64,000 bases of DNA from Eledone cirrhosa. Its lineage: Eukaryota. The DNA is taken from assembly GCA_964016885.1 (NCBI GenBank), contig OZ024745.1, forward strand, positions 121,830,001-121,894,000, in the 5' to 3' direction. The translations under genes and the position numbers were made by a program. This document shows positions 11,338-24,684 of this stretch, piece after piece. The notes beneath the pieces are model-generated. The model saw only the letters and a list, made by a program, of their open reading frames with translations. It was not told where the DNA came from and made no database searches. How positions within the stretch are numbered: position 1 is the first letter of the stretch; every line of letters begins with the position of its first letter.

Positions 11338-11454
11338 ATAGATGATTTGTTTTTCATAACGAGCTTTTAATTCATACAATAACTCTTGTTCATCTAACTT
11401 TGATAAAGTTGTTAAATCTTCCACACAACCACAAACATAAGTTTCATCAATCAT
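11338..11454 (-). CDS. First coding exon of a myosin-motor-domain protein (MIDETYVCGCVEDLTTLSKLDEQELLYELKARYEKQIIY)
   Basis: Matches the myosin head start (DL..L..LDE..LL..LK.RY....IY); perfect |gtaagt donor in phase 0, just before the expected TYxG; in-frame TGA 11 codons upstream. Confidence 0.8.
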
Positions 11455-11760
11455 ATTTGATGAATATATTGACGGCAAATAAAATCAATGTGTTTTTAAT
11501 AAAATGAATGTGTTTTTCAGATTTCGTAGATATTGAGTGTCAAAATGTGAGATAGTTTGTTATATTTAAATCCAACTATAAACAGACACAATGATTGTTT
11601 CGGTTTTCTTATAGATTAACTTCATAGAATATGAACTCAACAAAAGCAACCTGAACAAAATATAACAGATTTCTCTTCTACCTATCACTATTTTCGTGTT
11701 GTGTAACACATGCGATACAAATGTATGACTCAACTCATTACATTTCATACTTATGACCTT

Positions 11761-11809
<49 letters not shown>

Positions 11810-14439
11810 GCGTGTGTGTTTTAGTCTCGCTTTTCCAGTTTAAAAAAAATCTTCTCATGACAGAGCAGTTTATGGATGATTAAACATTGTACAGTGTAAC
11901 TTCACAACATTGCTTAGCACTCATATAAGGTAATTTAATAAAGTAACTTGTATTTAGTTGTTTCAGTTACCTATTAACAACTATCATAAATGTTCTATTT
12001 TCTATTTTACTTTTGTCATGAATTATTTGGGATTTCATTTCATTTCATTTTTTATATATGTACATACATTTATCTAAGTGTGAAGTTAGTTGGTTGTTGT
12101 TGAAGATGAATAAACACGACAAATACAATATTTTTGGTTAGATATATAACTTTACTTCACTTCTTTATAAAGAAAAAAGAATATGTTTATTATGCTAAGT
12201 TCGATTACAAAGTGACAAGTTGTTTCAGGATGTAAATACCAGCATAGGTCACAGTAAGCTCGCAGTACAAAGGAGTTGTATGATTCTCTGTTTGTAGTTG
12301 AAATTGCTGTTGGACTCTTGGCGACAGCGCCAAAGTCTTCTTGTTAAGTGCTACGCCTCCCTAGTGATGCTTCTCTTCCCAGTTATCAGAGTTGCTTGAG
12401 ACAAAAGAAGAACTTAACTTGCTTTCATCTCAAGCTGACTAGCCAACCCAGATAAAAGAGAAATGGCAGCTAGATGTCGTTCGGGTGTGTGTGTGTGTGG
12501 GGGGGGGGGTCAGTATGTGTGCGAAGAGATTTCACTACATTAGTTCCCCGCCCAGATCGATGGGAGAGCAGCGATCGATAACTTAAAAGGTAGCCAAATT
12601 TGATTGCAAGAGCATGTCCTAAAACATGCGGAATCAATATGGTTGAGTGCATGGGTCTATGGAGCAGTGAGTTGCTTAGAGTAGCTGAACAGCCTATATT
12701 CCACAATGAGTCAAGAATAGGATTTGAAGCTAGTTTAGCCATAAAAAAGCAGTGGCAGGTTTGTGCATATGCAGTCGCACCTGCAGCGCTCTCTAGACAA
12801 ACTTCCGTTTCAGAGATTATAAAAGAAGGAGCAAAGGACAATCTACCTCTCTTTCACCAACGGCTCTAGAACTGACCACACCAAGCTCAGATGCTAAACT
12901 TTTTCTAATCCTATCCTATACCTCAGGATTACATCACATCATGGCACGAGGTACGTTTCACTACCAAAATTGTAACAAGCTACTTTAATAAATGCAAATC
13001 GTTACTGATACACTTTTACGAAGTATTCGTCATGTTTCACTTACTACATCGTCATTTCTTTTACATCTTCTAAACAAACTAAATTAGTGGTTGGCATGTA
13101 GTGGTATTTACTGGAGTAAATAACCCTATGACCAATTCACTAAACACCTTTGTCAAGGTGGTTATGCCGAAAAGCTTATTCCGTAACAACGAAACCAGTT
13201 CAGTAAAAGAAAATAATAAGAAAAAAATCTTGTGAATTCCACATAAATCGGTTCTCAGTGTGCAGAAAATTATGAGTATGCATGTGTGTGTAAACATTTA
13301 AATTGGGCTGTAAGTATACGGAGTTGTGAGCAACTCGACGTATATTAAGCCGATAGAGGTAGCAAAATGCCAGAACAAGACTTGAATAAAAGGAAAAAAA
13401 AATGTGTGGCATTGAGATTTATGCTGGCTTTAATTATGTGGAACCGTGAGTCGCTCTACATATTTTGGAGAAAAAAAACAAAGTACATTCCGCAGTAGTT
13501 GGGAATGTGTGACTAGATTGACATAAAGCTATCGGTGATGCAACTGCAAGCGGCGAATGCATCTGTTCATTCGTTTAAATGTGCAAGCCTCTTTCAGTCT
13601 AGGCTGTTGCTGTCCGTAAGCTATTCCGTTGGGTCAACTAGTCGAGTTAAAAAATCTTATAATATCCCTACATGAATCAAGTTTGCTTTAGCCAGTGCTC
13701 CCTGCGATATTGTTATCTTTTACTCTGGTAGTGGCTCGGTTGTCCACCCCTTTCGCCTTTTGTTGTATGTGGTCCCAGATGTGTGTGTTAACCGTTTGTG
13801 TTTCTTTTTTCTTTTCTCTTTCTTTTCCTTTTCTGTTTTCCCTTTCCTTTTCCTTTATATTATATTTATTTGTGCTTTCGTTCTGTAAGTATTGTATTAT
13901 TATATTTCTTTTTATACAACAGTGAATAAACCGATGATATTTTCACTCAGGCATATAAAATTATGTCAGGTCACTCTTGAGTGCTACAGGCAACAACATG
14001 TAACCCAGTACAACCTGTCACATGGTCGGGTCGTCGAAGACTAAACCGGCAATCCCACCAAGTTTACTAGGTGAGGAGGCTGATTTTGGACACCCTGCAG
14101 GACAAAAACAAAACCTGACAAAGGGCGGAAGAACTCATAAGAGTCAACGGCCATCTAAAAAAAAAGAAATCATGCCAAATCAATGGGTGGCAGTAATTCC
14201 AGCTGAACGCATTGAAAGACTGGTGTAGTGGTTCTGAGAACAATGCGGCTTTGCAGATGATCAATGTAAATTGACAATGGAAAGGAACTCCCGCTCGAGT
14301 TAGAAGAGAACTATTGACCTTCAGGAGAAGCAGCGACCCCTGATTGTATTCAACAACCGAAACAAATATGAAGTACACCAAATCCAATGCTCCTAGGGGT
14401 GGCCTTGGTTCTTCTTATTTGCGAGTGTAAACTAGGCCA

Positions 14440-15555
14440 GATTAGATTAGATTAGATATAAAATGTGATAATGACAACTATAATAACGGAAAATAATAAT
14501 GAAAAAGGAAACGAAAGAAAGAATAGGGAAATAGAGAAAAAAAAGAACGGGAAGGGGAGGGGATGGCAAGAGCTCTAGTGTCGTAGATGGGAGGGGTGAA
14601 GGGGAGGATGGTTGGGCTTAGGGAAAGAGGGAAGAAGTGCTGCGCCCAGCGGACAAGACAGCAAAAGCATTCCCACGGACGATGGCCAGTGACACCCGCT
14701 GCAACAGCCACCCAACACCGCAAGGCTCCCTCTTCAGACGGGTCACCGACGCTCCGATCTTGCGGAGGAGCTCGATAGTACGGGGTCCAAGTACGCCTGA
14801 GGTCTCGACGTCGACCGGTGCATAGAAGAAGCGGCCATACAATCCCCAGTATTTGTTTATTTTACGTTCTTCTGTGAGGCAGGCTACGATGTCGGGGTTT
14901 GTGGCCGAAGCGACTAAGTTGGAGACGGAGAACGTGTCTCAACAGGTGGCGTCTCTGATGACGGATCTAACTCCTTCGAATGGGAAGAGGGTGATTCCGT
15001 CGGGGCACTTGCTATCTCCGCGGTCTAGGCCTGCTGGCTCCAGTTGAGATGGAAAGCTAGCTGCATCCAGGCTTCTTCTCAACATGTCGTTGAGAGCGGT
15101 GTGTCGGGGGGAACCGGCCTGCGCTCTGGCGGCAAGACAAAAGGTGCAGGCCGAACTTGTCAACAACCGTCCCGCAGTGGCATTTATGTGGCTCACACAC
15201 ATGGAGGCCAAGGCGTTGGGCTACTCCGATGCGAGTGCACTCACCATTAAGAATGGTACCGGTTGATGACGAGGGCACCGAATTGAGCCACGCGTCGCTG
15301 TTGGGCTGAGGCAGGCGAGGTGGTGTTGGTCCAAACCAGACTCGTTCACCTGACAGAAGACCTGCAATTGATGTCGCTCCTGTTACGTTGGACCGTAGTA
15401 TACTGGGGGATACAGAGGCCTTCACCTGTCCAGTAGGCCAGAGCCTGTTCCCTCTCAGGGGCCAGGTCACGTTCAGCCGTCTGGCTGAGAATCTCGCTGA
15501 CGAGAGCGCGACAGGAGATAGAGGTGAGGTAGGCAGGTAACGCTAGGTCCAATCG
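14440..15555 (-). mobile_element. CRE-like non-LTR retroelement, 3' 1.1 kb
   Basis: SDAWLNSVPS; CHCG...HLLSC zinc knuckle; RHTALND; EP.GL.R.D.KCPDG; DATC; VETSGVLG; LQRVSLAIVRGNA; frameshifted. Confidence 0.85.
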
Positions 15556-15849
15556 TTGATAAGAAGTCAAAGAAACATTTATTTCAATGTGATACAAACA
15601 ACTTAAACGTTATCCTGATAGTGGATTGTAACGTGTTTTACTGTCACTTTACTACCAAATGAGCATGCCTTATCTACACACACTCCATCCATTCTTCTCC
15701 CCCTTTATCCCTCCAATCCTCCCATACCCCCTCACTTCATCCCCTACACACCTACCAACCACACCCTCACTCTCCCCATTTTCAATCTTCCGCCTTCACC
15801 GCCTTAACCCGTAAATTAAATGCTCACCTCTCCTCAGCCTTCCACCCCA

Positions 15850-16320
15850 CGAGAAGTCGATCAGTGTCACGCGCAACATGCGCAAGAGAGGAAGAAACTG
15901 CTCCAACTGTAACCGCTTCTTCCATCTCTCTTGCGTCAAACTCACACAACACATGTCGGAATCCTTGCATCGGTGACACTGCCTGCCATGCCTATCCACT
16001 TCAACACCACGAGCAGTCACGTGTGCCCGACACAACGGGGATCCGAACCTGCTCAACTCGGACGAGGCTCTGGTGGTGATCTCCCGCCTCAGGCAGTCGC
16101 GGAGAGGCATCGCTAGGCTCCCCAAAGCTGCTTGGACTCCCATGGCCGAAGAGCTAACGACGCCAACCGACCGAGCACTTGACTCAGGCGGCCTGCAATA
16201 CTGACCAAACTATTCAGTTTTGCAACGCTCGTACTCGTGATCCCGTTGATATGGAACCCGGCGGCAAGAGAGAAATCGGCCCCCTCCCTGACTTCGAGGT
16301 TCAAGGTCAATATCAAGAAC
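15850..16320 (+). mobile_element. Decayed retroelement N-terminus with a PHD finger (probably CRE-like)
   Basis: CSNCNRFFHLSCVKL...(W>stop)HCLPC, followed by RLPKAA...KLFSFA..VL.IP. Confidence 0.55.
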
Positions 16321-16329
16321 GTTGTTCAT

Positions 16330-17185
16330 TGAAGCATCGTTAGATAGTTTAGGATCAAATGGCTCCAACACTATTTCTTTGCACAGCTCGTCTTTAATAT
16401 TCTCAAACTCAAGTTGGCACTTGTCTGTCCACTGAAAACGATCGGCAATAGTTAGTTTCTGCATGTTTATTGTTTTCTCACTGAAATTTGAAATTTATCG
16501 CCTGAAGTATCCGATTAGTCAGAAAGAATTGCAGTTCTTCAGTATTCTGGGCTGATTTAATGCCACGATTCTGTCGACGAGCCCTTTATCGGGTTTAATT
16601 CCTTCTGCCAATATCATACGACCTTAAAATGTAATGCTTATACTCTTTTGAATGCACTTACGCTGTCGACACTGACTTGTCTCTCGCGTAATCTTCCAAT
16701 GTTGGCATTTAAATGTTTAGTCAGGCTCTCTTTTGTTTTAGCAAAAACGATTGTATCGTCTTGATATGCGATGAAATTCCTTCGTCCTTTGAGCATGACA
16801 TTCTCCATAGCATTCTGAAAAATTGCAGAACTTTTCTTCGTCTCCATCAGTAATTATGTAACCAGGTAGACTCCTCTTGTAGTATTGATGGCACAGAGCT
16901 TCAGACTGTTTTTATCAAGTTTGAGCTGCCAATATGCGTTAGTTAAGTCAATCTTAGCGAAGAATCTGGCACCACTAAGCTTTCTGAACATGGTTTCCAT
17001 TTGTGGCAAAGGATAGACTTCAGTGCATATCTTTTCATTTCAGATGAACTTTGTAGTCAGGACACATACGAAGTCGTCCATTTTTCTTTCTAACCCATAT
17101 GACTAGAGAAATATTAACTACGCCACCTGGAAGGCATTTTTTAATTACACCTTTGGCTACCAATGCACCCAGCTCCCTTGCCCAC
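16330..17185 (-). mobile_element. Ty3/gypsy pol (RT) fragment
   Basis: FAKIDLTNAYWQLKLD; SSAIFQNAME; AYQDDTIVF; FQWTDKCQLEFENIK. Confidence 0.88.
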
Positions 17186-17429
17186 ATATTCTGCGAGCAT
17201 AATTGTTTCTACTTTTGGCACAAGGCCAACAATTACCCAGAGCATTACTGGTACTTTATTTTATCGACCCTGTAAGGATGAAAGGCAAAGTTAACTCGGC
17301 GGGATTTGAACTCAGAATGGCAAGGGCCATAACTCTATGCGTCAAAGCATGGCGTCCGACCCCCTACCGATACTGCCAAATAGGTACGCCTCGGGCAGCA
17401 CAGAATTTACCAGAGACATTAGGTATTAA

Positions 17430-18062
17430 TTTAACAGAAGCTTGCACTCCTTTCATTGTCAGAAGAAATGATTCAACGCTGCAAGTTGTTTCATCAATCA
17501 GTACATCACGACCTAGGAGACCATATTTTCTGGCACTTATTCACCCATCAGTCATCATCTATGAGCATCATATGTCCATATCATCACAGTCTTCACTCCT
17601 GCACACCACCTCAGATTCTTCTTAAACCCAATTTCTCCTTCAATTTCTCCAAGCTCTGCCTTTCTCTTACATTTACATTGCACATCCAATGAAACATGGC
17701 TGCTTCTTTTCTCTTCAGTCTACACATGTCTTCTTCAGTCACTGCCCATGTTTCACTACCATGCAGCATCACACTTCGCACACGGGTGTCATACAGCCTT
17801 CCTTTTGTATGTAGGCAGAAACCTTTTGTTGTCAGCAGTGGGAGTAGCTCTCTAAACTTCTTCCATCCCATCCTTAGTCTAGCTATTATGCCCTCAGAGC
17901 AACCTCCTCCACTGCTAATTTAGTCACCTAGATATCAGAAGTTATCAACCACTTCCTGGGACTTGAAGAGGTTTATATCACTGCCGCTCTTTCCCCCAAT
18001 TATTCCTGTGCATCTTCTACATATAAAGTTTCCTTTCCTGTTAGTCTATCCGTTATGCCATC
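17430..18062 (-). mobile_element. RTE LINE fragment
   Basis: GWKKFRELLPLL...SVMLHGSETW. Confidence 0.88.
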
Positions 18063-18065
18063 TAC

Positions 18066-18093
18066 GATTCTTTGCTTAAACTTTAATCTGTTA

Positions 18094-18163
<70 letters not shown>

Positions 18164-19016
18164 TATATTCGTCTACAGATACACAATAACAAAATATAAA
18201 CAAACGTATTTATTTCACGAGGCTCGATAAGGATAAATATATATAATTTTTTCATACACAATAACAAAATATAAACAAAAGTATTTATTTCGCGATAAAG
18301 TATTGATTTTCTTCGCACGGAAAAAAAAAACCCCTGGTAATCTACGACGAATTTTTTTTATAAGCACAAAATGTAGACACCATCCCGAGGCCGAGGTATT
18401 CCGTACTTCTCTGTACTGTTATATATATATATAATTATATATTCGTGTACAGATATTTTTGCATACACAATAACAACATATAAATAAACGTATTTATTTT
18501 ACGAGGCTCGATAAGGATAAATATATATCAAATATATAAGAACCCTAGAGCAAATTCCGAGCAACGCCGGGCCATTCTGCTAGTCTATATATCTAAAACA
18601 GAATGTCTGTCTGTCCGACTGACTCCCTAAAACTCGAGAAGCATCCAACCGATTGTTTTCAAACTTTACACATGTAATACCTATGGTCGTGTGAGTGTTT
18701 TGAGCAAAAAATATTTCAAATTTTATTAGGTGAAAAAGCGATCTCTCTCTCTTTTTCTTAGTCTGTCTTTTTAGATAGATACATAGCTATAAGGTCGCGC
18801 CCCTATAAGATCTGTCTGTATGTCTGGCTGTCTGCATTACGACATTATGACACCATCTGTGTGTGTGTGTGTGTATATGTATATATAGTGTGTGTATATA
18901 TATATAGTACGTAACGTTTTTCGAAATATTTACTTCTGCGTTCACAGATTGATATGTTGCGCCCTTATAATATCTGTCTGTATGTCTGATGTCTGCATTA
19001 CGACATTGACTTCGCT

Positions 19017-19069
<53 letters not shown>

Positions 19070-19834
19070 CATAGTGTGTATATATATATATTCAGTGTGT
19101 AACGTTTTTCAAAATATTTACTTCTGCGTTCACAGATTGATTTTTTTAGTTTCAGAAGATCCCGTTAAGGGGGAAAGCAGCGATTCTTTGCTTAAACTTT
19201 AATCTGTTATTTTAATATATATATTCGTGTACAGATATTTTTGCATACACAAAAACAAAATATAAACAAACAAGGCCAGCGATTATATAGTCAACGGTTA
19301 GGAAATCACATGCATCATTGACGAGTTTACCCCTTACTCTACCAGTTAGTCTTACTGTACTTCATCCTGCTTTTAGGTCATGCTTCAAAGGAAGAGATAC
19401 TCCATTGGTCGAAATACTGCGAAAGCGGCAAGAAAAAGAACAAGGCGGGCAAACGAATCGTCAGTGGAATCTGCTATTCGACGGTCGCAAGATGCTGAAC
19501 GTACTACCACCAGAAGAACACTTGAAACATATAACCAACGACCCATTCGCCGAACCACTGATGCTACATCAACTTCTGCTGCACGAGCTGCCGAGACAGA
19601 AGACCAGCGACAACGTCGTCGGAGTGCTGATGCTTGGCTTTCGTGGGTTGAACATTTTACTCTCAGGCACTCGATTAAGTTAAACCCCTGGTAATCTACA
19701 ACGAATTTTTTTCATAAGCACAAAATGTAGACACCATCCCGAGGCCGAGGTATTTCGTACTTCTCTGTACTGTTTCAGAAAGGAGGGATAAACATGCCAA
19801 TCTATGTTTAGAATCCCGAGCAACCCCCTGCTAG
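18066..19834 (+). mobile_element. Tandem Helitron-like units with a Rep N-terminus-like remnant (19380-19694)
   Basis: 3' ends ...gagcaacgccgggccattctgCTAG (18583) and ...ccctgCTAG (19834); 5' TCTATATATC at 18584; large internal duplications; basic R/A/E-rich ORF. Confidence 0.6.
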
Positions 19835-20448
19835 TTTACTCTAAAAATGAGAAAACTCATCGCTAGGACAGCTGTTAAAACAGCCAAATTCTGTCAAAGA
19901 CAGCGATGGGCAAAAATGTCTGAGAAGACAGTGACTAGTGATCGACAGAGAGACAATCCACAAGGTGGGTGACAGACAGACGAAATATAGAAAAATTGAG
20001 AGAGGGGGAGTACAAGGAGAAATGTGCTGACACACAGAAGTGACTATTCCATTATTTTATTTTATTTGTCTTCTTTCGTCCTTTTATCTGTACTGTTTGT
20101 TTGATCATACACACATCTTACCAGCAGAAAGAATTATTTTTCTGCTGCACGATCCAGCATTTTAAAATGCTACTCCCAATTAAATCGTGTGAAACCATTT
20201 TGTTGGTTTGAGAGCTGATGAGGATGAAGATATGTGTGAGTGAACTTGTCTTGTACATCACCTTTCTCTATTTACTTCTTCCACTCACTTCTGTGCACCA
20301 GCACACTTCTCCTTGTCCTCTTCCTCTTTCAATATATTAAATAGTGAGAAAAACGATTTCGTGCGGGTAGAGAATTTGATTCTCTGGTCCCGGACTAATG
20401 TATTAGTTTCTGCTACTCCATCTACTGGTAACAGTAGATGTTGGATTG

Positions 20449-20482
<34 letters not shown>

Positions 20483-21399
20483 ACACACACACATATATAT
20501 ATATTTAAAAAATTGTCAGTAATATACTTTACATCTCGATAAACAAGATTATTTTGAATTCATTTTAGAGAAATGTATAAATATAATTATATCTTAAATA
20601 AAGCACAGGCTAACCAAAGGGAATATCACAGTAAATTACTTATATTTATTAGCTTCTCTAAATCAAATTCAAAGCAAAAAATGTAAAGTGTAATACTGAC
20701 AAATTTTTTAATATCTATAATTTTTGCTACTCCTTAAATGTTGAATTGTTAGACAGTTAAAGTTGACTGTTATTTCTAGTAACAATTTTATACTCAACAC
20801 CAAGTCAGTATTATATAAATCTTACCTTGTTGTTAGTTCTACGCATGTCTACAGTATTGTACACCATGCTGGGTCTTTTGGGATGTACGTAATGTTCAGA
20901 GGCAGGTAAATATATCTTTTTTTCTTATAATAGGAAACAGAACCCTCGCTGATGATCGACAAGTTCTGGCTGAATGAGCTATATTAATTAATTAATTAAT
21001 TGTGATGACCAATTCTGTTCTTTTGCTCGTGAAACTGCAGTAAGGGGAACATTTGTTGAGCCCTTAGGTCGCTTAACAAATAACCTACCATTAGGGTAAG
21101 ATGCTTGTGAAGTTTCTTTATTTTAAAGTACTTTACTGTGATCTTCCCTTTGTTTAGTCTGCGCTTTATTTAGGATATTTATATATATATATCAAGTGTA
21201 AAAATAATAATGTATTTCTTCATTGAACTGCGTCATTTGCTTTGTTATTTATTCTTTTACCTCGTCTAGCCATCCGGCTGAGGCCATGCTTGGGCACCGT
21301 GTTGATTCATTTTCTCTACCCAGCCTGCGTTATGAGAGTGTTCGTTGATGCTACCCTTAAGTTACCTTGTGTGCTGTGGGTTCATCTAGGATCCTGGAT

Positions 21400-22261
21400 A
21401 GCAAAATGTCAAGATGTTTCTTGAAAACATCCACCATGCAGATTTCTCAAGTTTATGGGCAGCTTATTAAAGAGTTGGAGGGCTTTTGAACCCCAGGCTA
21501 TTGTAATATCTCCTCCTTACTCTAGATGTGAAAGATGGGACTTTTGGCACTACACAGTGATGTTCTATTCGAGGGTGGGCCAGTTCTGAATTCCAAGGTT
21601 TGGTGCTAGTCTTTCCAAGATCTTCAATATGTATATATATTACTACATAACCCTCCCGCCTTCATTCCTAGGAGTAGAGTTTTAGTTCTTTTAGCCTTTC
21701 CCAGTAGCTCATCTCCTTCATTGTGACAATCCTCTTGGTGTAGCTTTGTTTGATTGCTTCAAGCTCCGTAGTTAGTTGGACACTATGGGGTGACCACAGT
21801 TGGGAGCAGTAATCCAGTTAGCTCAGGACAAATGTCCTCCATAGTATCAACATGGTTTTTTGGTCTTCAAGATACAGCCAGCAAGTCATCTGCACATTGT
21901 CGCCATTTTCATGATATGTGAATGAAACGATGCATCGTCGCTCATGCCTATATCCAGGTCTCATATCGATTTCAACACGAGGATTTCGACCCCTCCTTGT
22001 CCGGTGTAGCTTTGTTGTGCTGTCCTAGTGTTAGCAGGCTGATATCGTTGGGCTTGAAATTTTCCAGCATTAAACTGCATGTTGTTGTCCTCAGCCCATT
22101 TGTATATAGCATCCAGATCTTGTAAAAGAGTAGCATCAACCAGGTTCTTGATTGCCTGTGCTATCTTTGTGTCATAACTAGTGAGGGGTGTTGTATGTAC
22201 TACAGAGAGCATGTCTGAGAGCCACCCAAAACTGCAGTGGTCCGAAGACTGTCCCCTGGGG
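21400..22261 (-). mobile_element. CR1/L2/Jockey-group LINE RT, 3' part
   Basis: PQGTVFGPLQF; LQDLDAIYKWAEDNNMQFNAGKFQ; LDYCSQLWSP. Confidence 0.8.
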
Positions 22262-23848
22262 CAAGGCCATCTTAACAGCATTATAGGTCCCCGGGCAAAG
22301 CCGTGCACTGGGGCCCCTACCTACACAATTACTCACAGGAATAAAAATACAAATGATCAATATAATTAAAGATATATTCATTATATTGGTATTTCCAACG
22401 AAATCAATGTTTATACATTAAAAACATGTGGTACATCAAAGATTAATTAACACAAACGTTTGAACAATATAACATGAGCCTTGAAAAACACAAAAATTTC
22501 AGCACAAATGATATTCAATTCGTAAAACATACAGACGGAGATCGCGCAGTATCAAATTACGATGAACTATTTATTAATAATCATGTGGTCAATACAAATA
22601 TTTGCGAAATTTCTTTGAAGAGAATTGCTTTATAATTGGCTTGAAGTCAATGGTTTTCAGGATTTCATTTTCCATACACATGAGTGAAAGCCAGTTCAAA
22701 CGCTGCTGTCCCATTGCGCTGCGAAGTTGATTTTTTATAAGTCTCAGTCTTGAAAATGAACGTTCTCCTCCACAGTCTTGGAAATTGTTTTATACCGAAC
22801 ATAATATTTACGGTAAAATATGCTTGCATTTCCGCAGCATTTGTCGGTCGTCAAACAGATCGGGTTTTCCTTGATTTGAAATCTGTTGTTGGACATATCG
22901 AATAATCTCTTCTGCCACAACTTCGAAGAGTTTGTGGTAAAAACAAAAAGAAATAATCCAGTGCTTTAGCATCGGGAGCTAATGTGTGTTGTGGACCAGT
23001 AATTTGAATAAAATCGGGAACATATTAGTGTGGTATTTTTCAACCACGTTGCTGTAATATTTTCAATGGCGTCCTGGAGACCTCCTTCGTTTTCACTTTC
23101 AAAACAACCATCGTCGGACGAAATTTCAGAAATATAAACATCAGATTCATTTGAAGATAAATCACTAATATTATCGTTTGTTTCTTGTTTATTCTGAACG
23201 TCGTCGTGTGTAAAATCTTCAAAGTCGGTATCGCTACTTTCATAAGCCATGTTGATACAAAAAAAAAATTTGTTGCACTTTCAAAGTTAAAAAAACACTT
23301 GTTTTAAATTGTTTCACTATATTAAGTGTTAATTTTCGTGGTAAGGGCCTAGTCTCGAATTGGCGAGATTTTGATGATGGTTTGTTTATTTTTAGAACGA
23401 TTTTTTAGTGTGGGTGTTTTCGGGCGATTTCGGACGGTTTGAACAAATGAAGGGGAAATAATTTCGGGCGATTTCAGGCGGTTTGAACACTGAGGATCGC
23501 CATTCAAATCTTACCAAACAAAAAACTGTAATGGTATCATGATGCTCAATTTCCACAGAAACTGAATGTTTTAATTAAAAAATGTTTATTATATAGGGAA
23601 TTTTTTTATTTAAAAAAATGTTGTTGCTGTGGCCGGTATTATGAGGTTATAATTAATATATTTATTATAACAAATATTTAAAAAAGTGGCCGGTGTACGG
23701 TTTGAAGGAGTGACCGGTTTTGTAAAGAAAAATTATATTAATTTTAACACCATTTTGCCAGGACTTTTTAAAACAACCGCATGTGTCCCCTATCCTCGTG
23801 GGGTCCCCGGGCAACTGCCCAGCGTGCCCATGCGTTAAGACGGCCCTG
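22262..23848 (-). mobile_element. hAT DNA transposon deletion derivative containing a piggyBac fragment
   Basis: 15-bp TIRs CAAGGCCATCTTAAC/GTTAAGACGGCCCTG; exact TSD CCCTGGGG; hAT dimerization motif ERSFSRLRLIKNQLRSAMGQQRLNWLSLM (22600-22775). Confidence 0.88.
22780..23560 (-). mobile_element. piggyBac (PGBD4-like) transposase 5' fragment
   Basis: Acidic N-terminus MAYESSDTDFEDF..., then GPQHTL....ALDYFFLF. Confidence 0.55.
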
Positions 23849-24429
23849 CCCTGGGGCACTTGTTATTTATGTTTTGTAGCAAGCTACTTTCCTTTGGCGC
23901 ATTGAAACCCTTTCCGTACGTTGTTTGGCTAAGTTGAGCCAATCGCTATCAGTGTAGGGATATGCATCTCAACCTCCGCCTAAATGGAGAAATTCCCGCT
24001 TCTTTTAATAAACTAATTCTCTTAGCGCGTGAACTGCGGTAAGATAAATACCTATTCTTCTTTCGCTCCGCAAACATCATTCCAATATGTAACTACAAAA
24101 CATTACCGCGGCCTGGCTTCTCACTTCAGCCACTGGACCGTGTCCTCTCTTACAGATCTTAATTTGTTTGTTCATTTCTTTTCGCATGCCAACCAACCTT
24201 AATACAGCTCTTCTCACCTTAAACATTGTTAATAAATTCTGTTTCAACGAACTACAAATTGTCGTCAACATTATCTTATCTTACTTCTAAACTGGTTACT
24301 ATTACATGCTGCTATACCGATGAGATGACATAATACATCATCGTTTCATGTTATAAACTGCTTCACTGGTGACTTCTGTTGATACACAGTACACAAATAT
24401 TATCATTCTCATTAATATCTTATTAAATA

Positions 24430-24678
24430 CTATCTTCAGTTTCCTTTGAGAGGGTCCCATTAGTTTCAACAGTCTGGCTTCTGTCTTTTAAGAAGTCATG
24501 CAGCCACTCACCTAATTTTCCAACTATGCCGAATCAGTGTAGTTTGCGATATTCCATGGTCGACCTTGTCGAAGGCCTTCGCAAAGTCAAGATATACCGC
24601 GTCCTCATTTGAGCTGTCCTGTACCTAGTCATAGTGTTGTAAAAGCTGTGTAAGGCAGCTTCTTCCCAGGCGAAAGCC
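24430..24678 (-). mobile_element. Upstream part of the same LINE RT
   Basis: GFRLGRSCLTQLL; VYLDFAKAFDKVDHG; WLHDFLKDRSQTV. Confidence 0.8.
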
Positions 24679-24684
24679 ATGCTA

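Noticed and set aside
12470-12869. 123-aa and 89-aa ORFs
   Set aside because: No motif or splice support recognised in any frame.
13960-14400. Possible LINE 5' UTR with an HDV-like ribozyme
   Set aside because: The nested double pseudoknot could not be built by eye.
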